DNA of 64,000 nt from Auanema rhodensis (GCA_964057225.1 OZ059895.1:17608001-17672000), one strand, 5' to 3'. Counted from the stretch's first letter, positions 39,209 through 53,532 are shown. A program made the numbers and translations. The notes: generated by a model not told the origin, from the letters alone.

Positions 39209-41895
39209 TTAGCATGTATTGTACTGAGATAATGAGTTCAAAACGGATGAGCCGACGGGTGTGAAGGCGGATGATGTAGCATTTCCTGTAGTGGAGGTTG
39301 GAAGCTGGAGGCCGCTGGATGCCATGGAAGACAACAGACAATTCAATGTTGCCAGGTATGAGCTGTTGCGGTCTAAAGCTAGCAAGGCACTGGTCAGATC
39401 GAATGGTGATGAAGGAGTAGTTGATGACACCTGAGATGAGGTATCTGGTGTAACCGGTGTAAGAAGCGGCTGCATGAGAGGAGTAGTATTGAGTCCTAAT
39501 GATAAAGGTGTGATCATGTTGCGTTCTACAGATGGCATGAACTGCTGTGGATATGGAGTATGCAGACGCATATGAACTTCAATTTCCATCTTCTTTTTTG
39601 AATAATAGGGACAGAAAGCACATTTATATGAAAGAAGAGCTCGTGGAACTTGATGGCCTTCCTTGTGTCGGCGCATCATCTCTTCATTGCTAGTTTGGTA
39701 TGGGCATTTCACGCAGGTTCTCTCGAAATCATCCTGCAAAACCAATAGGTAACTAATATTCTGAATTTTCGAAAAATCTTACCTCAATATCAAGGTGACG
39801 TTCAGTATCAGGTGAGCTATCAGAACGGGATCCAGTGGGCGATAGATCTTCAAATGAGGCAATCGATGATGTAGCCCCTTTTCCACGATTGTAAATTGGT
39901 GTGATATGAACAATGAGATCTCCGGAACTGCAGTTTTCTGTCTTAGAATGGGCTAGAGCAGCGTCAATGTTGACAAACTGGCTTCCACAACGACATTCAT
40001 ATGGCATGACGTTATGGACATTATGCAAGTGGCTGAGCATGACAGATAGTCCATCCTGAAAGAAGAGAGTATAAATCATAATATGTTTTAATCAGTCTCA
40101 AGTTTTAAACAAAAATATAAGAATTGATACAAACCTGCTCGAATAAACAAAGTACGCATCGGTATGAAAGTGGAGATTTGCTGCTGACTGGCTCTGGACG
40201 ATGAATAGATGCAGCTGATGTGTTGCTGGCTGATGTAGATGATGTTGTTGAGCTGCTATCCGATGAAGTTGGACTGTCTTGACGTTGACGTTCTGTCTTT
40301 TCACAGGCAAAAATCTTAGGCTTGTCTTCCTCAGCTCGATTAACAAGAATAGTTGTGGATGGATCAAATGTCTTTGATCGACTATACTTAGATACAACAC
40401 GAATACCATGTGTTTCTGAAATTTGTATACATCAGAAAATTTTCCAACTGTATTATGAACATACTGGCTACGTGACGGATCAGATCAGCCTTCCACTTGC
40501 TGGTTCTGGAGCAATAACGACATTTGAATGGTCGTTCAGAAGTGTGAACCCGCTTGTGTCGTATCATTTCAGAAACCCATTTTCCTTGATAACCGCAGGT
40601 ACTGCAGGTACGTGTTGAAACATCAGGATCTTTTTCCATTCTCTGAAAACAAAATTTTTAAATCTTAGTTTTAAATTTTGAGTATATTCATTGTCTTTTT
40701 CAGAACTATCTATTTGAACTGTGAGAATGAACCACATGAACTCTTGGTTCTGATCAATTTGAAGAATAAAAGGATTTCTAGTTCGTCTTCTATACTATTA
40801 CGATCAAAGTCTAGACGTTTTTTCTAGTTTCTTCTGCACTTTCGCTCCACCCACTTCCCTCACCTTGTTGAAACATGTTGCACTTGAATTACGTTCTAGG
40901 CAAGCTATTCTCATACGCTTTCATTCTCTTCTTGTGTCATGTCGTCTCAAACACTCTTTACATCTCTCAATTTCTCTCGACATCTTTGCCACAGTTTTTG
41001 TACGATGTATGCGATCGTACATACATTGATTCTTCTGATTCCGGGTCAGTTTCCTGATTCACCAGGTTTGTTTACTCAGTTTTTGCAACTGAAGAAGATA
41101 ACTTCCGCGCCTGTGAGGTCGTTCTCTCGTGCCTGGCAGCGCCAAAAGTACGCCCGAGGACGAGCAAGTTTGTGTCAACAGAAGGATGTGTACCGCTCCA
41201 AGAGCCAGCACATCCCTTTCCATGCTTTTGTGCAAGTTCAAGCTCATATCTACTACCTGATTGCGAAACGTTTCGCACCATTGGCATGATTACGCATTTT
41301 CACAACCTCCTGTTGCGTATAATTTCGTTTTTTTTACGAGTTTGCTTGAAATTTGTAACTTGTTACCGTACCTTCATTTCAAGTTCGTCATCTGGTCCTT
41401 CAATAGCTTCCTGTTCCGACAAGTACCGCTTTTGAAATGGCTCACGGCCGTCATCAGCTCTGAAGACATATAGTTAGCATTGGTTGAACATTTCTGAAAC
41501 TTTCACATACCTTCGAGCAACGAGGCCATCAAGAGTATTAGCTGGATTGGCAACTTCACCGCGACGACGTTTACGGATTGCACAATCAGATGACGCAGGC
41601 GACGCCTAAAAAAGCTAATTGAGCAAAATTGCGATAAGGCTCATTTTCGTTATTAAGATAAATTGTTTTTACTATATGCTGATTAAGCTCAGATAAGTTG
41701 CAGTCTACCAGTGTCAAAGCAGAAAACTTTAATTACCTGTGTAGATGATTTTGGAGATCCCGGCTGTAATGCATTCAATCCGGATACATAATCAACATCG
41801 CAGCCAATCTTGAAAGCTCCAGATAAGAAGGAGCTTAAATCAAATGTGGGACTGCTAGTAGCAGATGCAACACACGATTCACCAACTTCGTGCAT
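39209..41895 (-). CDS. ztf-2: C2H2 zinc-finger transcription factor, ztf-2-like (7 coding exons)
   Basis: Exons 41895-41737, 41605-41511, 41459-41372, 40642-40465, 40415-40135, 40055-39783, 39733-39209 splice in frame. Fingers: CSTCGYQGKWVSEMIRHKRVH-TSERPF-KCRYCSRTSKWKADLIRHVAKTH, CVLC..HLHNVH, CVKC..HKEGH, CAFC..HMRLH. NLS-like RKRRR. The name is from recalled similarity; further 5' exons are possible. Confidence 0.85.
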
Positions 41896-44070
41896 TGTTT
41901 CACTGAAAATAAAAATATGAAATAGATTGTTATAACTATAAAAATTATTATATTTATATAGAAATATAAGAAATGTATAAGAATGATGAATGAAATCAGA
42001 TGACAACTTTCAAATATACGTATATCCTGTCATAATTCACATAGTATTGGAAAATTAATTTTTAACGCACAAAAAAGAAACTGGAGAAGATGTAAAAGTT
42101 CAAAAAGGCAATAAGATATTATGAACAGATAGATACATCGAAGTATATCTTGAGAGCTAATGACTATAATTAGGAAATATGAGAACTAAGCTGATATTTT
42201 GTGGTAATTCGAATAAATTCATCCGGAATTAGTATATTACTTCAAAAAAGTTGGAGAGAAGAAAAAAGAAACGAAGGAAGAAAACACAGTAAAGCATAGA
42301 TTAATAGAGATATGTGTCCGGAATGTTTCCCTTTAGAAAATTCAGCAGTAAGTTCATCTGAGTAGAAGTACAGATAATTTTGAAAAAAGTGTTGGAATAA
42401 TAGATATTATTTTGGAATAGGAATTGATATTACATATTAGTTCTAGCCTTGCTTAGGACAATTAGGAAATTACTCAGATTTCTTAGCTGAGCAATTTTTG
42501 CAAAATGAATATCTAGACTATCAGATGCCGTTGCTGGGGAGAAGCGATAAAGACTTGAAGCTTAAGGGAATGAGGAGCTGTGAAGAAGTATGCCGGCTAA
42601 AACTCAACCTTTTGAACTGGGCTCAGCTCAAAGGCGGTTTAAGCTAAAAGGCACTGTGCCGACCGCTCGGTATGGCTCCAGTCTTCTGAACTGCTGTTGC
42701 TGATGGTTGAGATGGTTTTTGGGGTGGAGGCTGTATGTGCATGGTGTGTGTATACGTCTGTCTACACTCTCCGATGAATCCTCAGGGTCGAAGACCTTCT
42801 CTAAACTATCTGTGTGTATTATACTCTCCGCATACAGGCTGTTCTCTAGATTTTCCTCGAAATCGTCAGCAGGTCAGTGCCTGTCGGCTCCAGCCACCCC
42901 ATGTTTACTCTCGTACAGCGTGGCGACGATTGAAGCGACATCGTCGGATAGGTTGGGACATCCGCAGACGTCGTCATCGAATACGCTTATTTCTATATTT
43001 AGATGATTCAGAATCAGAAGTCACAAGCCGTTGCATAAATGACGCTGATCATACCGTAAGTAGTCAGACGATTACGTGAGATTTTCCACAACAGTGAATG
43101 CGTAATCGAACAGGGCCTATTGCATCAAGGTTGACAATCTTGATCTTCAAGTCCAGTGTATGTGCGGCGTCCACAGGGCAAACATCTAGGAAAATACTTC
43201 CGGGCTGAGACATAAGATCGAAAAGCAGAGTCGAGAGCCAACTTGTATACATACCAGCAATGGAAGAAGACGACGAATCAGGATGATGAACACAACAATA
43301 GATGTAGACGAACGGGTCAATGTCAGATAAGCGACAGAGAGTGAAAGAAGCACAGACTGAATTTTGAGAAAGTCTATCGTGAAGATGCTTTTTACTGTTC
43401 AAATTAGGTTTTGTCTTTCTAATGCCATACAGAGGAACAGCACTATATAGATTGACTAGCAGTAAAAAGGTAGAATTCGAAAGAGAATGAAGAGAGAGAG
43501 AGATTGAGAAGAGGACAAAGAGCAATGGAAGAGGTATAGGAAATGGGATCAGCAAAGTTCAAGCGTTCAAACGAATCCGCTGTGATCACAAATCAAGATA
43601 GTTTATGAATTTTCAAAAAAAACCTCAGGAAAAGATTGACGTTATTCATGTTGCAACGATAAAAGGTAAAACATAATAGATGTACAATATGTTTCTGTAT
43701 TCATATAGATGTAGATATAAAAGGCTCTTTGTAAAAAAAATATAAAAAAATGATTAATAAATGATAAAGAAGAAACATAAGATGAAGATATAGTAGTTGC
43801 TTTAAGATACAATATTCCAGAAATATCCTTTAGAGATTATAGAAAGTAGAGAGAGTATCATAGTAATATGTATATATAGAGATAGAGAGATAGAGAGATA
43901 TCAGTATATCAAGGTAGATGGGGGATAGAGGAGAAGAAGAAGAAAAGGAAAAAAAAGAAAAAAAATCTAAACCGGTACTCAACTTATAAATACCCATTCC
44001 GTTTTCCTTTTTTAGGAAAAAACACAAAACACGTAAATTCAACTCTTCTCTCTTTATCTAATTCTCTCTA

Positions 44071-44073
<3 letters not shown>

Positions 44074-44106
<33 letters not shown>
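44074..44106. repeat. (CT)n microsatellite
   Basis: Perfect CT run. Confidence 0.88.
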
Positions 44107-44119
<13 letters not shown>

Positions 44120-47100
44120 TTCTGTTCATTATCTTCTTTAAAAAAAAGTTTTGCTCCAGCTACGGCTTTTTTAATATTACTGAATAATCTTAGAGGTGAT
44201 CGAAAATGATTAGAACCAGGTGGTGACGTTCCGATCACGGTACGGCTGAGCAAGTTTTGTTTTTTTAGTAGCAGAAAACAACAAAAAACGTTCTTTTCAT
44301 CCATATCATATTATTATGATATATTTATAAAATTGATCAGTTAAGTTTAAGTCCAAGTATGCTGATAGGCTCGTTTTGCTGTTTTCAGCATATTAGCATT
44401 ACATGAGAATCAGCCATTAAAGCATATCACAAGTGAATGCGTTTATACCATTATACTTCTGACATTATCATCATCATGTCGTTGTTTTCTTTTCTTTTGT
44501 GCTTTCTGATAAAGCCTGAGGGCATGTCAGACTGTTTGGTGAACAACCTGTTCTTCAATCATTGTAAGCAAGCATACATTGATGTTCCACTATTTTTTTC
44601 AAAACTCATTTATTGCATTTTTTTTTGTTTCATGAAAAGAAAATAAACCTTTGATAAAACACCTTCGAACCTATTTGATTCAGAAAAAAAGCTGATCTGT
44701 CTATGAAAATTTCATTCTGAACATGCTGATATCAGAAAATGAAAAGTCCAGAGACATTGAAGCTCTAGAGAATAGAGAGAATGTCAAAAAAAGAGCTAAA
44801 GGTGAGAGAGATGGACATGGGAAACAAAGCAATTTTATGCTACTTTTTCAGAAGTTTATCATAAAAAAATGTTTATATGGCATGTCGAGCCAGCAACTGA
44901 TAAAAGGGCACCGTAGAAAGTTACAAAGCTTGGAACTAAGTGGCACGGACGCCGGAAAAATACTGATAATAGGTTGACACACGAGCACACGCGTATTCAC
45001 CATCGTTAGTGTGTTGTTTGAACACTCACATAACATTTCAGATCATTTCATTGTTTCAGCTTCCAAACTATTTTTTTCTGATTTTAATCAATATTTCATG
45101 AAAAAGATGAAGGGAAGAAATGACTGGAGTGAGAGAGAGAGATATGAAGGGGGTGAGAGAGTACAAGATGGAGGACGATATGGGATACAGTTCGCTACTG
45201 TTGTTCTCATCGCTGATCGCTGCGGTTTCTCGCTCATTTTGCTGTCTATCGCCCAGGTTTCAGCTTGTGCCAGGTTACATGGCCATCCTTCTGTTGCCAG
45301 CTATTCAGTTCAATGTTTGCTCACGTTTGCATCAAACTATCATTCATGGCTATTGTCCTTTTTTACGGAATGTTGGGTCATCATCACAGCATAGCTTCTG
45401 CTGAAAACATTTACCAAAAAACAAAATCATCAGGGTTTGTAGCTGGGAAATGAAGTCAAGAGGATATATTTTGTCTTTGAGTCTGGCTTACAGTCCAAAG
45501 CTGTAGGTTAAGAAGTAATTTGAACTTTTCTCTTTTCTCAAGTTTTGCAAGTAAGCCAGTTGGTACAGCAAGTCATCGAGAAAACTTCTGTCTTGAACGA
45601 TGAACCATTCGAAAATGGTCGAGAGCGAAAGAGAGAGAGAGACTCATAGAAAACTGAAAATACAAGGAACAGACAATCAGTTTAGAATGTAGACACTGAG
45701 AGGAGGAACAAGAAGATACAGGTTAGTTGGGAGCAGTTTCCAGATGAAAACTTCCTTGTGCTATTTTGCAATGTTTGCACATCTCGCGCCACGTTTTTCA
45801 AACTCGTCCTTCGTCGTCAGACGCCTTGGGTCGAGTGACCAAAACCAAACAGCTGGTGCCGGCCAACACCATTATCATCTCTACCTCACCCTCTCATTCA
45901 TACCTCAGTATAGACGATGTTATCGTCCGGCTATCGGTTGTCGACTGTTCTAAACACTATATTCTACTTGGATAATGCAAGAGTTTCGGAAACCGAACAT
46001 CGAGAAAGGTAAAATAAGCAATGATGCGACACAGACAATTTCAAAGAAGGAGCGAATGATATTCAGAAGATAGAAGGTTGTTGGCGGATTCGAAGAACAA
46101 GACGAAATGATTAGGATGTATAAGAAGAAAGAGAGAGAAGTAGACAAAGAGAGAGGAAGATATGCAAAGAAGCTTTGATTTTTTTTATATTTTCTGTCTG
46201 AAATAGTTAAAAATAAGAATCTATACCTGATTGTCGTGTATCGGTTTATGCTTTGTGGACAGTTAATAGATGTGAGCAGGGGATAGACGAGTGTCTGAGC
46301 CATGCTTCCGGTTGATGTCTTCAATTCGAGTAAGAAACTTCCAGAGAAATTTGATGGTTCTGTTGATATTAGAAAATATTCCAAAACAGGAGACAAAGTC
46401 AATTAGTGATGACGGTAGTATGTGCTTGTCTTCTATCTAAAGCTCTGCAATAAATTGCTCAGATCTTGCCTTGAAACAATTTGAAACACGACAACGGCTT
46501 GAACGACATATCATATCAACGTGATGAAGAAGTATAATGAAAATTGATGAGATACTAGACAATCAGACAGTGAAAGGAGAAAAACGGTGCCGGCCTGTTC
46601 CAGAGCCTGATAATGGAGACACCCTCAAGGGGAGAAGAACTCGAGACGATTCTGATAGCTCCTATCAGGGCAATGATCGTGTGCCGTATGCTGGCTTGTA
46701 CCAACTCGAATCTCAGTTCCTATCACCTTCGAGCACTATGATGGTATTTCTTTACGATAAAAACTGATCAGAACACAAATCAATGAGAGCGAGAATGGGG
46801 AGAAAGAAAAGCAGATCGTTAATGTTCACCTGCTTCGCTCAGATCTCAAATCTTAAGTTCGGCTAATATCTTTAAAAATGAAGTTTTCACTAAAGACAAA
46901 AAATATCTAACTTTACGGTTTCGACAGAAAAATGATGTTAACGTTGTTGAAAATGTTTGAGAAACTATCGTTTGCGAGTTGCGTGGCCGAAATGAGCCTC
47001 AGATGACCATAGCACACATATCTTCATCACTACCACCACCGTATATGGTAAACATGACAGCCCTCTCGTTATTCTTTTATCGGAATTTACACAGTAGTAA

Positions 47101-50100
47101 CTGCTTTATTTCTCTATACATGTAGATCTATTGATGCTGCTGCTTATTCACCATCGTGTTCTCAAATGTGATTTTTACGGTCTTGTGCCCTGACAACGCT
47201 GATGAAAGTTGTCGTCGAAGCAGTGATCAGCGTGATAATAGTGAGTCAGAGTTACGATGAAAACAGTGACGTCGACATAAGCCAAAAGATGTATTCATCA
47301 AGAGAAGCTTTGTCTGTATGCGTTCAGTGTGATGCTGGCCATAACGCTTGCTTAAGCATTATGAAGCTCTTCTAATCACATCTAATTAAAGAATATGTAT
47401 GAATACATTTTTGTGTTCAGGGAAGGCTGAGTGAAGCAATACTTCATCTTTTCTATTTTATTTTTGATTTTGCTATCACAGTAATAGATATTCATAGAAA
47501 TTGAGACATAGAAAGAGAGAGAGGAAGAAGAAAGAAAGAGAGAAATACAGAAAGAATTCTCATCTAAGTGACTGAATAGTAAAGACGTGTCAGAGACTGA
47601 GCGTGTGAGTTTGATCAGAAAGGAACTTAGCCAAGCATAATGTTTTTCTAGCTGTTCGAGGTGTTTGAAACATCTTGCTTTCTTTTTTCGAGTATTTGTT
47701 AGAAATATTTATATTTTACTTATCCAGAATATAAGTGATTGCTTCGTTAAAGAATTAACTAACATATACATAAGTTTGTTCAAGTTTATATGGCATACGG
47801 AAGAACTTATGAAGTATTCGAACATTTTCGGGAACGTTCACATAAAAGTCTTGTTGTGTGCGACAGTTATCGAAAAACATAATAGATCTCTGAATCACAC
47901 TACTTAAACCAATTCAAATATTCTCGGACTCCACGTGATTTGGGATCGTCTCGCTAGCCGGAAGTAACTGTTGGCCAGTTAACTGTTTTCTACTCAACAG
48001 TGCAACCTCGGATTATAAACAGTTTCTCTCCCAAACTGCGTCTCTGAATGTATTTCAATCTCTCTGTCTCATTCTCCTGAACTGTCCGTCTATTACTCCC
48101 ATCATTTTCAACACTATTGCTCTTTCTTTTTTCTCTCATTCTCCAATATCTCTAAATTTCACTCGAAAAATAACCTTCCATCTCTCACTTTGTATTATTT
48201 TTTCATCTTATCGCGCTTTCTCACACTGTCCCTTTCCAATGTTTGTTTCTTCCTCTCTCGGGAACTGGGTCCTCCAAAAAGCCAGCGATCAGTTTAGCAA
48301 GTTACTCATATCTTACGTCCTTTCAGAAGTTTCGTGAAGAAGTAGTGAGAAAGAGGGTTCATAGATTCAATTCGAATCTAAAACATTTACCAAAGTAAAG
48401 AGAAAGAAGATAAGGCTTCAAGAGATAAATATAGAGGAAACATTCTTCAGATGATCCTTGGTTTCTAGCTTTAACTGTTATTTACAAAACCACCAACTTA
48501 TTTTAGCGGGAACTGTAAGCTATCGTGAAAGCAATTCTGAGCATCAAAATTTGAATTCCATTTATTATCTCAGCTTTTTACAAACATTAACCAGCATTTC
48601 AACATTGTTGAAGTTGACCACAGAACATATTTAATTTTTTTTCATTACAAATCACTGGAAACAAAACAGTTTAGAAAAAAGTGTAATTGTTGTGCAGCTT
48701 TATTTACAGCTCTATACACTTTATGAAAACTTAAAGCATACCATAACCTGTACAAATAACTCCATCCATCAGTATTCTCATCAACTACAATACTGTGGTG
48801 CTTGTTATACTCTTACTTCTTCAGGAATATACTAAATTTCTACTTTCTATATAATGTGTACATTGCACAGCTTGTCTTTCAAAAAGCTAAGAAAAGCTTT
48901 GAGAATAAGCTTCTACGGTTTGCATTAGACCTGGAAACTCACTGCCTGGACGCGGAAGTAATCGGACGAAGTTGACGGTTCCAGAAGACAAAAAAAAAGA
49001 CAAAAAGTAATGAAATTGTTGGCAAGCAGAGAAAAAGCAGCGAGGGGTGCAAATAAAAAAATCTATTCGAGCTGGTACGGGTTGCGGCCGCAGAACGTAG
49101 CTGGTGCCATGCTCCGCAATCTGCTGTGCAAATCCAAAGTGCGATCTATCTCTACCGTTTGCAAACTCCAAACTGTCTCGCTTTGCTTGGTATTCTTCGT
49201 ACCATTCAAGCTGTACTATGCTGAACATTCTACGTCTATGAACAGGGGAATGAGATTAAGGTATTGAAGTGTAAATTTCCTTGAAAATGCATCTATAATA
49301 TGGCTACTGAATTGGCAAGCCAACTAAATTAAGAAATGGCGCTCGACTATCAAGCAGTGGTATCTAAGTATCAATCTTTGATCCTCGTATAACTCTGTAA
49401 AGAAACTCACTTATAATCTTACCAGTCCCTCGAAAATTGGAATCATTTCATTGTTTAGCTTGTTTGATTCCAATACCATAAACTGTTTGTAAGCATCTGC
49501 CCAAATAGTTTGTATTTCAACTTTTAGTTATAAACTATAAAGGGCATTGCTGATCTCAATGATCGAACATATTGCAGGCAAAAATGATTTTTCCAACTCA
49601 AACAGTAAAATTTCCGCAGAAACTGAATTTTTTGTTTGTGTTCAGCTTCGTTTTCTACTACTACGAATACTCAAACGAATATTCAATACTGTAATAGCAA
49701 CCCTGGCGAATGAGTAATGTAAAACAATACACATATGAATTATAGGTTGTTGATGAAACACAAATACATATTTTATTTATTCAACAACAGTGAACACAAA
49801 GTTGGACACCAACCGGTACTAGAAAGAAAGCAACTGTGCAAAACGCTAATAAAATATTTTTTGATTCAGAAATGCGAGAAACTAGCGTAGTCATGCAGTA
49901 GAGAAAAGTCATCTTTTGATCTCCCGAAATAGTTTCAAAGCCAATACGAATGTGCACATCACTTATTAAACCCCATTCAATCGAAAATTACCAAGGAAAC
50001 TAATTCCTATGCATATACTAAGCGAACTGGGTAATATATACGGTTGGATGGAACAAAGCTGAAAGTCCCTTCAGACAAGACCTCTTCGTAAAATGGTTTC

Positions 50101-50862
50101 TAATACAACAGAGCTGATTTCCAAGAAGACCATATAGAGAGAAAAACAAGCTGGATGAGCAAAGACAAAGATTAGAAGTATAACGGTTCATGAATTGAGC
50201 TTTGGATTTGAGATAACAGACACAAACCAAGAGGATAAGGAGAAATTTTAAACAAAAACTGTTTCCTAAAATTTGAAGACATTAACAGAAAATCAGAGAT
50301 GTATGATGCTGAAGTAAAAAAAGGTACTTCAGTGCTTACTTCAGCTAATTTTGATTATATCTTAACGGAACACTGTAAAACTTCTGTTTCTTATTGTCCC
50401 AGAACTCTCTTATTCTTCTTTACTTTTGCGGATAAATTAAGAAATATGATGTAAGAATATCAAAAACGAGAAAAAAGATCAGGAGAAACAAATAACAACA
50501 GGCGACAAGTCAAGGGTTTATAAATTAATTTGGTTAAGCTTGTTTTATCATTCCTGATTGATTTGTCTAAAATATTTGCAAAGGGGTCAACTCGAAAAAG
50601 AGTCCTACTGTAAGTAGAAATAACAGGAAGGAGGATCTATAATAATTAAAATTAAACAACTTGAAGAGCATAAGGCGAGAGAAATAAGAAAAAAGAAGGA
50701 ATTGATTGTTGCTGTACCCTTCCATGATATGATTGGTTCGCGATCAGCTTTAAATGGCAAGACACCTTACAAAAGCATAGCAGCAACCTAGTAGCTTTAG
50801 ATGGGTAATAGATTCATATAAAAAATAAAGTGAAAATTTTAAAATATCATCCGAATCAATTC

Positions 50863-51331
50863 TCAAACAGCAACTGCGAAGACGTATACAACAGCGAGCA
50901 TAGTTTTACTTTCCCAACGATATTGATAGGTAACTAAAACATACTTATATTCTTTACAAATAACAATTAACACTACTAACCGTCTGTAGTTTTGTTCCAA
51001 TAAGAAATAGTACTGACATTAAGCCCAGACCCGTTAGCAATTTGAAGTAAAGAAGATGTAACTGAAAAAAATGAAATAGCTTACATATATAACATGTAAA
51101 AAATACCAATATATTTAAAAGGCTTGTCATAGCTTACTAGACGTTGTGTGATTTTCTCAACAACTGTCTGATTCCATGCTGCACTATCATTTGGATTATA
51201 ATTATTAGAGCCAATCACGTCTTCCAAAACCTATAAAACTTCTAGTATTTGAATATCATAAACAAATAAATTACCTGATGGATAAGGTTTTTAACTTCCT
51301 CAACTGGGATGTGCTTTTGATCAGTCGTCAT
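50863..51331 (-). CDS. dylt-1: Dynein light chain, Tctex-1 type (not in the ORF track)
   Basis: Exons 51331-51275, 51230-51107, 51061-50981, 50933-50863 give MTTDQKHIPVEEVKNLIHQVLEDVIGSNNYN...W...KPFKYIVTSSLLQ..GSGLNVSTISYWNKTTD...RWESKTMLAVVYVFAVAV*, the Tctex-1 signature. Confidence 0.9.
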
Positions 51332-51530
51332 AACCTCTCTCAGAACTAAACAATTCGTTGACAGATAATTACAAAGAGCATGGAATGATATTGAATGTTC
51401 ATAACATAAGCTCAAAGAAAATAAGTTGTAAAATAAAACTTTATAAAAGCTATTCTATTTCATTATGAAAAAGTTGGAATGTTATTCATTACAAAAATTA
51501 TTAAAGCCAGAAAAAGAAATGACTAGATTT

Positions 51531-52913
51531 TTAAGCTTCTGGTTCGTATTCTGCATGGGTAAGGAGAGCACTCATTGAAGCTGACAGCTCAACGGTTCCT
51601 GTACAGAGAACTTTTCTGGACATAACATTGAATGGACCACCTTAAAGTCATCAATTTTAAGGTTTAAAAAATTGACTTTTAAAACCTGTGGGGTCAATAA
51701 CAACACCACCAGCTTCCAACACGATTACAGCGGCTGCAGCCACATCCCACGCATGAAGTCCATATTCCACATATCCATCACAGCAGCCTTGGGCAACCAT
51801 TATCATGTTAATTGCAGCAGATCCAAACGAGCGATGCCTGTAAATTCATCCGATGAATAAAATTCATTTGTGAATTCTGAATCAATAGCCGTTAGTACCC
51901 ATGACAATTGCTCTTAATCATCAAAGCTCTGTAAGATTCAATGAACGATCGCTCCATTTCAGGACAGCGAATCGATCCAAGCTGTGTAAGAAGTACACTT
52001 TGTGAAACTTCTGAAACACCGTGGTGAAACAAAAGGAGACCGTGGTGTATCCAGCATTGAACCGATGATTTAGGACATAGGGTAGGAACTACACTAACCC
52101 GCGGATACCAGCATGCACTTGTCTTTCCATGTTTCCTTGAGAAACTTGAAGCCAACTCTTACCAAAAGCGGAGATGTTATGAATTCCAAGAGAAGCGGCC
52201 AATAAAGATTGGTTCAATGCTGGATAAAGGTGCAACATAAGCTACGTTAAAAACAAATACCTGTAGTCTTTGAAGCATGAATAGGCAGCCCGTTCTTGTA
52301 AGCGCCTCTTCCAACCTAAGAAATAAAGGCAACATAATGTGACAAATAAAAATTTTACCTGAGCATGGAAAAGCTCTTTAGTAATTGGGTTATATACAAT
52401 TCCTGCACGAAGTTGCTTCTTGATAGCCAAACCTACACAGATAGCAATCATTGGAATACTACAATGAATATAAATTAAACATGTTTTCGCAACCACCCTA
52501 ACCGATGAACAAAGTTAGTAGTTCCATCGATAGGATCAATAATCCAAGTTGGAGCATCAGTGTATTCAATTTTAGCACCTCCAGCAACAGATTCTTCGCC
52601 AATAAACCTAAAATAGGAAATGATTATTCAAGATTAAAATAAAATAAAAAATACTTGTGATCAGGGAATTTTTCTCGGAGAGTTCCAATTATTAGTTTCT
52701 CGACAGCCTGGTCTGTTTCAGTAACTAAATCAGTAGCGGAAGCTTTAGTTTGAACAACGCTAGCAGGAGTGTCGAAAGCATCACGAACAAGCTAAGAGTA
52801 CAAGAATAAAATACCTAATATTAACGTTAACTTACTCGACCGGCAGCTTTCACAACTTCAAGAGCTGCAACAAAATATTCGTCTTCTTTAGGATCCAGCA
52901 ACATTTGAACCAT
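51531..52913 (-). CDS. ttx-7: myo-Inositol monophosphatase with two mutually exclusive exons
   Basis: Exons 52913-52836, 52791-52655, 52607-52503, 52458-52359, 52315-52261, [A 52219-52099 or B 52010-51899], 51837-51686, 51640-51531. Motifs: [40 protein letters not shown]. Confidence 0.94.
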
Positions 52914-53532
52914 TCTAAATTATACGTTAATATATCAACAATTATGACTAGAATCACATAGATAGACGAGGCAACAAAGGCTTCAGGAGTAAGAGGAGAC
53001 TGCATTAGCGAGTAAAATAGAAAAATCTAATATTGATTCAATGCATTAAGAGCTTTTATACTTCCTAGCAACAAGAGCATATAAAATCAGAAATTGCTTA
53101 ATTGTCCATAAATCAAGTAAATTAACTAGAAAGTAATCGATAAAAAATATAAAAGAAGGATTGGAATCAACGACCATCCATTTGTTTTAACGGACAAGAA
53201 TTTACGTGAAATTGAAAGGTAATTGAAAAAAAAATAAAATTGTATACAATTCTCCAGGAGAATTAGTACAATTGAAATTGAAGATAGAACAAAATTCGAT
53301 CCAACGTAATTTTATCGAAACGCAATATTGTAAACAGAGTGCGTGCAACTCACAACCTGATGACTTCATGTTATCATTGATGGATAAAACATTATTTTCA
53401 ATGTGTAATAACAATTCTATTACTACGCCCTTATGGTCTAATTTCTAGTCGAGCTAAATAATTAGGCAAATCTGGTACTATATCTTAAATGTTCTATTGT
53501 AATAAACAAATTTATATAAGTATAGGTTGATT

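Noticed and set aside
48887-49267. Overlapping ORFs in a GC-richer patch upstream of the zinc-finger gene
   Set aside because: No recognisable domain or multi-exon structure; more likely regulatory DNA, though not excluded.
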